Assembly (NCBI GenBank): GCA_040289575.1
Contig: PSLL01000007.1
Location: 31,124-61,558 of the forward strand
Length of the DNA stretch: 30,435 nucleotides
Source: Candidatus Dadabacteria bacterium
GTDB taxonomy: Bacteria; Desulfobacterota_D; UBA1144; Nemesobacterales; CSP1-2
Direction: 5' to 3'
Position numbers and translations under genes: made by a program. Numbering within the stretch: position 1 is the stretch's first letter; each line of letters starts with the position of its first letter. The notes beneath the pieces are model-generated. The model was not told the origin of the DNA. It was given only the letters and a program-made list of their open reading frames with translations, and did not search any database. Shown piece by piece: positions 10,481 through 18,869 of this stretch.

Positions 10481-11395
10481 ATGATAGATGTAAGCGAAAA
10501 ATTAGATACCCTCAGAGAGGCAACTGCTGAGGCTACCGTTCAGGCGAAACCAGAGACAATTGATATGGTTAAAAGCGGGAGTGTGCCAAAGGGAAATGTA
10601 ATTGAGATGGCGCGTGTGGCGGGAATTCTCGGGGCTAAGAAGACCCCAGAACTCATTCCATTTTGTCATCAGGTTCCACTAGACTGGGTCTCCGTGGATT
10701 TTGAAATTGGAGAAAAGATTGTGATCAAAACTCAGGCGAAGGCTATATGGAAAACGGGCGTGGAGATGGAGGCTCTCACCGCAGCCTCAATTGCGGCTCT
10801 AACCATATACGATATGCTAAAACCGATTGACGATTCACTCGAGATTACCTCGGTAAAACTCATTGAAAAACGAGGCGGAAAGAGCGAGTGGAGGCAGCAT
10901 CTTAAGCCCCCTCTTAGGGTCGCAGTCCTTGTGCTTTCCGATACGGTCTCTGAGGGCAAAAAGGAGGATAAGTCCGGAAAGATTATAGTTGAGAAACTCA
11001 AGAAAGAGCCTGTTGATGTCGTAGAATACAAAATCCTCCCTGATGACTTTGACATAATAAAAAGGGAGCTTATAAGGCTCTCTGATGAGGAGAAGGTAGA
11101 TTTAATTCTGACAAGCGGTGGGACTGGGCTCAGCCCAAGGGACGTAACCGTTGATGCCACAAAAACGGTGATACAGAGAGAGATTCCCGGAATCTCTGAG
11201 GCAGCGAGGATTTATGGATTCCAAAGGACTCCTTATGCAATGTTATCAAGAGAAGTTGCCGGGGTAAGGGGGAAGACCATAATTATAAACCTCCCTGGAA
11301 GCTCAAGAGGGGTTTTAGAATCAATGGACGCCCTATTCCCTTGGGTGCTTCATGCATTCCATATTCTAAGAGGCGGAGGGCATGAGAGGAAGTAG
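10481..11395 (+). CDS. moaCB: Bifunctional molybdenum cofactor biosynthesis protein MoaC/MoaB
   Basis: MIDVSEK, LIPFCH, TGVEMEAL and IYDMLK (MoaC); DKSG, TSGGTGLSPRDVT and NLPGS (MoaB/MogA). Confidence 0.93.
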   Translation: MIDVSEKLDTLREATAEATVQAKPETIDMVKSGSVPKGNVIEMARVAGILGAKKTPELIPFCHQVPLDWVSVDFEIGEKIVIKTQAKAIWKTGVEMEALTAASIAALTIYDMLKPIDDSLEITSVKLIEKRGGKSEWRQHLKPPLRVAVLVLSDTVSEGKKEDKSGKIIVEKLKKEPVDVVEYKILPDDFDIIKRELIRLSDEEKVDLILTSGGTGLSPRDVTVDATKTVIQREIPGISEAARIYGFQRTPYAMLSREVAGVRGKTIIINLPGSSRGVLESMDALFPWVLHAFHILRGGGHERK

Positions 11396-11579
11396 AATTA
11401 ACCCAAATAATGTATGAGATAATACCAATAGAAAAAGTTCATCCATAAGATCGGTTAAACAAACATGTATAATAATCACGTATCTCTATCAGTTGGGGTG
11501 AATAGATAAAATTTGGGATTTAGATTTTTATTCGTTTAACTGGATCGTGGTTGCCCAGATCTTTCACAAGGAGGCGAAG

Positions 11580-11982
11580 ATGTTATTTGGAGCTTCAATC
11601 TTTGCAACAGAATATACGATGCACCCTGCCGATCTGGCACGCGCACTTGAAGAGCGCGGTTTTGAATCTCTATGGGTACCTGAACACACACATATCCCGG
11701 CAAGCCGCCGCAGTCCCTGGCCTGGCGGAAAAGCCCTGCGATCAGTTGTCAGGAGGCCGTTTTATATTCGTCATTGGAGGGGGCTGGAACGCAGAGGAAA
11801 TGGGAAATCATGGCGCCGATTTCAAGAAGAGGTGGCGTGTGTTGCGCGAGCGTGTTCTTGCGATGAAAGAGATTTGGACCAAAGAGGAGGCGGAATTTCA
11901 CGGCGAATTCGTCAATTTCGACAAGATATGGTCGTATCCCAAACCTGTTCGGATCAAAGCGATGGAGAGCTACATATCTTAG
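11580..11982 (+). pseudogene. LLM-class (F420-dependent-type) oxidoreductase remnant
   Basis: AGGAGG then MLFGASIFATEY..ERGFESLWVPEHTHIP..SPWPGG. At 11739/11740 it jumps out of frame to DQLSGGRF..GGGWNAEEM..WSYPKPV and then stops. The family is roughly twice this length. Confidence 0.85.
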
Positions 11983-11997
11983 TAGTTCTGGGAATTC

Positions 11998-13254
11998 TTA
12001 GGGATATAATCCGCGCAGTATCTTCGCCTGCGCTACTTGGTTTATACCCAGCATTAAAGCCGCCGTACGCAGTGAGACCGATTTTTCATTCGCGTAATTA
12101 GATACCTTCCTAAACCCGTTGTGCATGCGCTTCTGGAGCTCTGCAAAAACAATATCCGTTGACCAGTAGTATTCCTGAAGACCTTGAACCCACTCAAAAT
12201 ACGAAACAATTACCCCACCGGCATTTGCAAGTATATCAGGAACTACAGGGATTCCCCTTTCCTCAAGTATATCATCGGCATCCGTTGTCGTAGGCCCGTT
12301 TGCAGCCTCTACGATCATTTTGCATCTCAATTGGGAAGCGTTTTCCTTTGTAATTACCCTTCCCACTGCCGCAGGGATAAGAATGTCGCATTCAATTGTC
12401 AGGAGTTCAGGGTTGGTTATTTTATCAGCCTCTTTAAACTCCTGTACTCTGCCTTTTTGTCTTGGAATCTCAATCAGTTTTAGAATCGGCAAACCAGAAG
12501 GATTATAAATCCCACCATATATATCGCTTACGGCAACAATTCGACAACCCAGTTCCGAGAGTTTTAGGGCGGTATATGTCCCCACATTGCCGAACCCCTG
12601 AATGGCAACCCGTGTCTCTGAAAGCGTTTTTCCAAAGTGCCTCAGTGCATCCTCAACTATGTATGCCACTCCAAAGCCCGTAGCCTCTTCTCTTCCTAAA
12701 GAGCCTCCTATGAGAACCGGCTTTCCTGTAACCACTGCAGGGGTCGTATAGCCTTCAGTCATGCTGTATGTGTCCATCATCCACGCCATGACCTGGGGGT
12801 TCGTTCCCATATCAGGGGCGGGAATATCCTTATTAGGGCCGATTATGGGGAGGATCTCCGCCGTGTACCTGCGTGTAAGGCGTTCGACTTCGCCGAGTGA
12901 TAGTTTTACTGGGTCAACAGCTACGCCCCCTTTTGCCCCGCCAAATGGGAGCTCTGCAAGGCCGCATTTCCAGCTCATCCCCATAGCAAGCGCGGCCACC
13001 TCCCCCATATCAACATCGGGGTGGTATCGAACCCCGCCCTTGCACGGCCCAAGCGTCAGGTTATGCTGTATGCGGTATCCTGTAAAGACCTTAATCTTTC
13101 CATTATCCATTCTCACCGGAAAATTCACAACCAGAGTGCGCTGGGGAAGCCGGAGCCTTTCCTTTAGCCCATCTTCGAGCGCCAGGTTTTCGCAAGCCCT
13201 CTCAAACTGCGCAACCGCATTCTCAAATGCAGGCGACTTAAATAGATCGTCCAT
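11998..13254 (-). CDS. gdhA: Glu/Leu/Phe/Val dehydrogenase (glutamate dehydrogenase)
   Basis: GPCKGGVRYHP, GGAKGG, PAPDMGT, QGFGNVG, EAANGPTT, NAGGVIVSYFEWVQ; AAGGAGG RBS. Confidence 0.93.
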   Translation of the reverse strand: MDDLFKSPAFENAVAQFERACENLALEDGLKERLRLPQRTLVVNFPVRMDNGKIKVFTGYRIQHNLTLGPCKGGVRYHPDVDMGEVAALAMGMSWKCGLAELPFGGAKGGVAVDPVKLSLGEVERLTRRYTAEILPIIGPNKDIPAPDMGTNPQVMAWMMDTYSMTEGYTTPAVVTGKPVLIGGSLGREEATGFGVAYIVEDALRHFGKTLSETRVAIQGFGNVGTYTALKLSELGCRIVAVSDIYGGIYNPSGLPILKLIEIPRQKGRVQEFKEADKITNPELLTIECDILIPAAVGRVITKENASQLRCKMIVEAANGPTTTDADDILEERGIPVVPDILANAGGVIVSYFEWVQGLQEYYWSTDIVFAELQKRMHNGFRKVSNYANEKSVSLRTAALMLGINQVAQAKILRGLYP

Positions 13255-13448
13255 CTTTCCTCCTTAAGAAACACAAATTAGAGTTGCTTAATTATAAGAG
13301 AGATTCTTCGGGTTACCAAATGTCTTAGGGGAATCTACAAAGCCCTCAACGGTTTTACCGCATAAGTAGACTCACACTCATTTTCACATTTAATGAGGGT
13401 ATTTTTGTATGGAAGGATAGACATTTTCTTTCAAAACGGATACTTACA

Positions 13449-14024
13449 TCAACTATGCTTTAAGCTCCTGCTTCTTTTGTAACCTCTCAATACCCTTTTT
13501 GCACCGAAATAGATGACTCCAATGACCCCAAAAGCGGCAAACACAGGAACAGCAATAGCCAAAATGGATAGAGTAATTGACCCTCCCGCTTCAACCGTTG
13601 CTACAATAGAATTCGCTAAACCCCATGTTGTCGCAGTTGAAGCCAGGCGCGTTACAGTCGTGGCGGTTTGAACCGTACCGGCAACCCCGCCGCCTACTAT
13701 GATAGCAAGCGCCCATTTAAGAAGCGGGCTCATATCGGAAACGGATGAGGCCATTACAACAGTGCCTGCGATGATTGCGGCTGGTGTGGCTATTGTATCG
13801 AGTAGATTGTCAACCCAGGGGATATAGTAGCCGGAGACCTCAAGGAACGTAGCCACCCCAAAAGCCGTAAGGGCGGGATATGTGCCGATCCATTCAAAGC
13901 CCGGCGCCAGGGTGAGGTGTCCGGCAAGGGAAGCGATGCTCATTACAAAAAGAGGCACAAACACCCTAAATCCACATGCCGCGCTCAGGCCGATTCCAAG
14001 ACATATGCCAAGTAATGTATCTAT
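13449..14024 (-). CDS. DUF4126-family membrane protein, with ATA at the expected start position
   Basis: The frame extends 20 codons beyond the ORF call: (ATA)DTLLGICLGIGLSAACGFRVFVPL, directly after AAAGGAGGGAGAAC. YYIPWVDNLLDTIATPAA is typical of the family. Confidence 0.75.
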   Translation of the reverse strand: MDTLLGICLGIGLSAACGFRVFVPLFVMSIASLAGHLTLAPGFEWIGTYPALTAFGVATFLEVSGYYIPWVDNLLDTIATPAAIIAGTVVMASSVSDMSPLLKWALAIIVGGGVAGTVQTATTVTRLASTATTWGLANSIVATVEAGGSITLSILAIAVPVFAAFGVIGVIYFGAKRVLRGYKRSRSLKHS

Positions 14025-14186
14025 GTTCTCCCTCCTTTATATGGATTAACCCCGGTTTTGACCAAAAGGTGACAGGATAAGCGATTCGCCAAGGAGTAAT
14101 AATCGAATTTAAGGGAACCGCCGTCCTAGTCCCAGATTTTTCAGCCAAAGCCGCCGACTCCATTATTATACCAATTATAAGAGGTT

Positions 14187-14220
14187 GTCATTGCGAGCCG
14201 AAGGGGCAGCGAAGCAATCT
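14187..14220. repeat. Single REP-like unit, same family as 2624-2698
   Basis: GTCATTGCGAG-ccgaaggggcagc-GAAGCAATCT shares both ends with GTCATTGCGAG-gggt-GAAGCAATCT at 2667-2691. Confidence 0.8.
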
Positions 14221-14253
14221 CAGTATATTACATCCAACCGAAAACCGCTATAG

Positions 14254-14284
14254 TTGACAAGAAATCCCCTTTATTATATATAAA
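14254..14284 (+). promoter_or_regulatory. Putative sigma-70 promoter of the metallophosphoesterase
   Basis: TTGACA at 14254 followed 17-19 bp later by the AT-rich TATATATAAA. Confidence 0.45.
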
Positions 14285-14327
14285 GGTGTCAAAAATCTCT
14301 GGCTATATAAAGCGAAGGGGATAAGTA

Positions 14328-16007
14328 ATGTTATACATAACGCGGCCGAATCTCGGCCAGCCCATAATAACCACGGTCTCAGGGCTCGTCTCAGGCATCA
14401 ATTTTATAATCTCTTCTGAACCGGACGATAGGAACTCCGATACCGATATTAAAGACCTGTCAAACTATAAGCTGTTAATTAGACCCGTTGACCAGAAGGA
14501 CATAAAATTTCCGCTTGAAGTCATCAACGTGCAGTCAGCAAAGGTCAACCATCAAAGGGACGTGTCCTTTAACCACGTTGAAACCCACTTAATCATACAC
14601 AAAATCCTTGAACTGGGGAGAAGGGAAATCCCTTTCTGGGAAGTGACCGTCTGTTTTCGAGGAGGCGATGTACTGAATGGCAAGAAAAAGCGCCTTTTTG
14701 ATGTAATTCTCACCCGCGGCTCTAAGACAAGGGAAAATAACCATGCCCTATGCGTCTACGAATCAATTGGAGATAATCTGAAATTCATACATTCAACAGA
14801 CCTCCATATTGCAAGGAGAAACGATAAGATACTCGAAATGATAAAGGGCAAAGCGCCCAAGGTTGTCTATGAAGATGCCAAAAAGGGTCTTATTAACTTT
14901 AATGAAAACTTTCGACGCCTCATCCGGTACGTCAACAGCCACTCAGATGAAATAGATTTTTTGATCGTCTCTGGAGACATAGTTGACTATTATCAGCCGG
15001 ATGAATTCTATAAGACGAACCCATTAGATATGAGCGTATGCTCTTTTGAGGAATCGAATCTATCTATCTTCTGCGACTCTGTTCTGGGAAGGGGTCTAAA
15101 CCAGAATAATGAACTCACAATCCCAATCTTTACTACTACTGGAAACCATGATTTCCGACCCTATCATTACAACCTAAGCCAGGAGGAGCTGTTTAAAAGT
15201 TTCGGGCTAAAAGAGGAGTATGTCCATTATCTCGATGAAACGAAGGTACTTCATCTGGACCCAATACTTACCGCCAATATAAAATGGCTAAAGGAGTATT
15301 TCAGGCGTGTAAATCCGGACTTAGACTATATTGTCAGGTTTGGAAGCACCGACCTCTTGTTTCTCGATGGCGGGAAGGATAACTACTCCTTTTTTTCCCA
15401 CCTTTGGGATGCAATAGGCGGCTCTCCCGACACCGATTGTATAACCGACCTCCAGATGGAGCTTATCAATTCCTATTTTGAACAGAAAAAGGGTGAACGC
15501 CTCACTTTTATAGTTATGCACACGCCGCCTGTAAACATAAGGGGAAAATACGTAAAAGAAGAGCTTTACGAGGACTTCCGTAAGGAGAAAACTGGCAACG
15601 GCTGGATAGATTACAGGGACAGAGACCTGAGCTACGGTTCTCTTGCATACAATTGGGAGAGGTTTCTTGAGGTGCTTACAGGATTAACAAACAAAAAGGG
15701 GTACAAGGTAGATTTAGTCCTATCAGGACACGCACATCAGGATATAGAGTTCCGGCTCGAGTCCTACTACGACCGCAAGGATAAAAGGAAAGAGGTGGGA
15801 ATATACTGCTGGAACTACAGCGACCAATTGGCTAGTAAAACGACATCGGAAGAGAGAAAAGGATGGTGGGAGAAAAATAGGCCATTTGTTATTCAAACCG
15901 CCGCAACGGGTCCACATGGAAAGGATGAACCGGAGATAAGAATAATCACAATTGAAAACAACGAGATAAAAGAAATGATCCCTATAAAGATGAAAAGCCT
16001 GGAGTAG
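14328..16007 (+). CDS. Large calcineurin-like metallophosphoesterase
   Basis: All five family motifs in order: STDLH, SGDIVD, TGNHD, MHTPP, LSGHAH. No signal peptide; about 150-aa unrecognised N-terminal region. Confidence 0.85.
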   Translation: MLYITRPNLGQPIITTVSGLVSGINFIISSEPDDRNSDTDIKDLSNYKLLIRPVDQKDIKFPLEVINVQSAKVNHQRDVSFNHVETHLIIHKILELGRREIPFWEVTVCFRGGDVLNGKKKRLFDVILTRGSKTRENNHALCVYESIGDNLKFIHSTDLHIARRNDKILEMIKGKAPKVVYEDAKKGLINFNENFRRLIRYVNSHSDEIDFLIVSGDIVDYYQPDEFYKTNPLDMSVCSFEESNLSIFCDSVLGRGLNQNNELTIPIFTTTGNHDFRPYHYNLSQEELFKSFGLKEEYVHYLDETKVLHLDPILTANIKWLKEYFRRVNPDLDYIVRFGSTDLLFLDGGKDNYSFFSHLWDAIGGSPDTDCITDLQMELINSYFEQKKGERLTFIVMHTPPVNIRGKYVKEELYEDFRKEKTGNGWIDYRDRDLSYGSLAYNWERFLEVLTGLTNKKGYKVDLVLSGHAHQDIEFRLESYYDRKDKRKEVGIYCWNYSDQLASKTTSEERKGWWEKNRPFVIQTAATGPHGKDEPEIRIITIENNEIKEMIPIKMKSLE

Positions 16008-16174
16008 GCGGATACTTGGTCATCGATATTAGCAAATCCGCGACTTAGAAACCGTCTGAATAAGACATCTAAAAACCGCTGAACCCCTGACAAAAATTTG
16101 TTATAGACGATGACTCAAATCCTGCCCCCTTCTAAAAATCAGATGATTTAAATAGGTTAGAAACGGAAGCGTTA

Positions 16175-16190
16175 TGGCATAGTTCTTGCA
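16175..16190 (+). promoter_or_regulatory. Sigma-54 (-24/-12) promoter of the signalling operon
   Basis: TGGCATAGTTCTTGCA matches TGGCAC-N5-TTGCW with exact GG-N10-GC spacing. An AT-rich IHF-like tract lies at 16137-16160 and an imperfect palindrome at 16088-16103. Confidence 0.7.
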
Positions 16191-16205
16191 ATATTAAAAA
16201 TATTA

Positions 16206-18425
16206 ATGATCAGTGCAACCCTATCCAGGAGAGGCAGAGGAAAAAACCGAAAAAGCGCTTCCCTAGCAACTAATATAAAAGGCTCCCCCACCAAGATGCG
16301 ATGGCTTCCGGCTGCTGTTGGTCTCGGTGTTACGGTAGTCGTCTTGTGTTTATATGCCATTATCCGGTCAAATCCGGAGATATTTACCAAGGCGCAATCC
16401 GTCCTAGCCAAGGCGTTGCTGGTCACAGGACTCATAACAGCTTCGTTGCTTGCATTGGTGATTCACCTTGCCCAAACAGTGCGACTTCATATGAATAAAA
16501 TCGAGTCACTCAGAGAAGAGATAAAGAAAGAAACCATTGAGCGCAGGCAAATGGAGAGGTCGCTTATAGAGTCCGACCATAAATTTCAACTTATCACCGA
16601 AAACATAAAAGAGACCGTTTTTGTATACGATATGAACCGCAAACTCCAGTATGTAAATTCAGCTTTCGAGGCATTGACTGGGTACACAACCAAGGAACTC
16701 TATGAGAAGGACTTTATCAATTACATCCATCCGGATGACAAGGCAAGGATTACACAACTATGGGAAAATCTGCTTCAAGGCAAGAGCCTCTCGGGAGAGG
16801 AATTCCGTATTCTAACCAAAGATGGACAGACGAAGTGGTGTTTGAGTTCTTGGAACACGCTGATTAATAAAGAAGAGAAGCAAGTAGGCATTCTAGGGAC
16901 AGCACTTGATATTACCGAGCACAAGCAGGTAGAGAAGATACTGCGAGAATCGGAGATGAAATTCCGCTCCGTGGTAGAGTCGGCAAACGACGCAATTATT
17001 TTGGCCAACGACAGCGGAAACATCATTTCATGTAATAAGGGCGCGCAAACCATATTCGGTTATACTCAAGAAGAACTGCTGGGCAAGCCGCTTGATTTCT
17101 TGATATCCGAACAACACAGAAACGATATAGGGCTGGAGTGGTTTAATTCAATCGGCAGCAAACCCAGTTTTATAGAAAAAACGATTGAACTGCGCGGACT
17201 CAGGAAAAACGGCAGTGAATTTCCACTGGAGCTTTCACTTGCCAATTGGAAAATAGGAGAAAGAACATTCTACAGCGGCATTATCCGTGACATCGCGGAA
17301 CGTAAGAGGACAGAGGGAAAGTTGTATGAAATCAATGCCGCCCTTGAAAATGCCGTTGATGGTATCAGTTTTTTGGATATACAGGGCCGTTATCTCAGCG
17401 TAAACAGGGCGTATGCAAGCATATTTGGTTGTAATGTTAATGAGATGATTGGTATGGAATGGCAGAAAACCGTGCACCCCAATGACCTCGAAAGAGAGAT
17501 AAATGCTCATAAGGAAATGCTGAAAAGCGGAAAGGTAAAGCTTGAATCAAGGGGTTTTCGCAAGGACGGCTCCACTTTTTATCAAGAGGTAACAATCGTT
17601 AAAAATATTGACAAGAACGGGCAACTTAAGGGTCACTATCGCTTTGTCCGTGATGTCACCGAGCGCAAAATGGCAGAAGAAAGGCAGACACAACTCCTTA
17701 GAGAATTAGAAAGCGTTAACCAAGAATTAAATGATTTCGCATATATCGTTTCACACGATCTCAAAGCTCCCCTACGCGCAATCGGTTCGCTGGCGAATTG
17801 GATATTAGCCGATTACACCGACAAATTCGATGAAGACGGTAAAGAGCAAATGAACCTGCTCCTCAGCAGGGTAAAGCGAATGCACGATTTAATTGAGGGT
17901 ATTCTGCAATACTCAAGGGTTGGGCGCATCAGAGAGGATAAGATAGAAATAAACCTCAACGAGCTTGTAACAGGAGTGATTGATATTATTGCCTCGCCAG
18001 AAAATATTAATGTAAAAATTGAGAACGAATTACCTACTATTATGTGTGAGAAGACACGCATCCAACAGGTCTTTCAAAATCTATTAAGCAATGCCATAAA
18101 ATTCATGGATAAGCCAAAAGGAGAGGTCAAAATTGGCTGCATTGAAAACGACGGCTATTGGAGATTTAGTGTCGCAGATAATGGACCGGGGATTGATGAA
18201 AAGCATTTCGCAAAGATCTTCCAGATATTCCAAACGCTATCACCACGCGATGAGTTTGAGAGTACGGGCATTGGTCTTTCAGTGGTGAAAAAAATTGTCG
18301 AGATGTATGGCGGGAAGATTTGGGTGGAATCAAAAGTCGGTTACGGAAGCACATTCTTTTTTACACTGCCAAAGGGAGAAACAAGAAACTCGGCTTTCAG
18401 CGATGTCGTAGGAGGTAGAAGATGA
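16206..18425 (+). CDS. Membrane-anchored 3xPAS histidine kinase with Cph1/phytochrome-type kinase core (start may be 16296)
   Basis: Two TM helices and three PAS/PAC repeats (DITEHK, DIAERK, DVTERK). H-box FAYIVSHDLKAPLRAI, N-box FQNLLSNAIKF, DNGPGI, STGIGLS, GSTFFFTLP. Confidence 0.92.
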   Translation: MISATLSRRGRGKNRKSASLATNIKGSPTKMRWLPAAVGLGVTVVVLCLYAIIRSNPEIFTKAQSVLAKALLVTGLITASLLALVIHLAQTVRLHMNKIESLREEIKKETIERRQMERSLIESDHKFQLITENIKETVFVYDMNRKLQYVNSAFEALTGYTTKELYEKDFINYIHPDDKARITQLWENLLQGKSLSGEEFRILTKDGQTKWCLSSWNTLINKEEKQVGILGTALDITEHKQVEKILRESEMKFRSVVESANDAIILANDSGNIISCNKGAQTIFGYTQEELLGKPLDFLISEQHRNDIGLEWFNSIGSKPSFIEKTIELRGLRKNGSEFPLELSLANWKIGERTFYSGIIRDIAERKRTEGKLYEINAALENAVDGISFLDIQGRYLSVNRAYASIFGCNVNEMIGMEWQKTVHPNDLEREINAHKEMLKSGKVKLESRGFRKDGSTFYQEVTIVKNIDKNGQLKGHYRFVRDVTERKMAEERQTQLLRELESVNQELNDFAYIVSHDLKAPLRAIGSLANWILADYTDKFDEDGKEQMNLLLSRVKRMHDLIEGILQYSRVGRIREDKIEINLNELVTGVIDIIASPENINVKIENELPTIMCEKTRIQQVFQNLLSNAIKFMDKPKGEVKIGCIENDGYWRFSVADNGPGIDEKHFAKIFQIFQTLSPRDEFESTGIGLSVVKKIVEMYGGKIWVESKVGYGSTFFFTLPKGETRNSAFSDVVGGRR

Positions 18426-18835
18426 AGAGTCAAAAACCAATTCTCCTTGTCGAAGACGATCGCGTTGATCAAATAACCGTTAAACGGGCACTTAAAGATA
18501 TAAATGTCACCAATCAGTTAATCATCGTCGGCAATGGCGAGGAGGCACTTGAGTTCTTAAGAGATGAGAAGCATGAAAAACCCGGCATCATTCTCTTGGA
18601 TTTAAATATGCCCAAGATGAACGGTATAGAGTTTCTAAGAGTAGCAAAACGAGACAACTCACTAAAAAGGATTCCAGTTGTAGTTTTGACGACATCCAAA
18701 CAGGATCAGGATAAAATCGAAAGCTTTGATTTGGGTGTTGGGGGATATATGATCAAACCAGTTGACTATCTACAGTTCGTCGAGGTAATAAGAACAATTA
18801 ATATGTACTGGACGCTAAGTGAGTTGCCGGAATGA
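18422..18835 (+). CDS. Single-domain response regulator, Rcp1-like
   Basis: ILLVEDD, LLDLNMPKMNG, IPVVVLTTS, KPVD, C-terminal YW..SELP; ATGA overlap with the kinase. Confidence 0.93.
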   Translation: MKSQKPILLVEDDRVDQITVKRALKDINVTNQLIIVGNGEEALEFLRDEKHEKPGIILLDLNMPKMNGIEFLRVAKRDNSLKRIPVVVLTTSKQDQDKIESFDLGVGGYMIKPVDYLQFVEVIRTINMYWTLSELPE

Positions 18836-18869
18836 TTGTTATTCCTGGTCCATAAAAGAGAAGAGGGCA

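Noticed and set aside
16206..18425. Phytochrome or LOV photoreceptor as light input to KaiB
   Set aside because: The kinase core is Cph1-like, but there is no GAF/PHY region and no GxNCRFLQ motif in the PAS domains.
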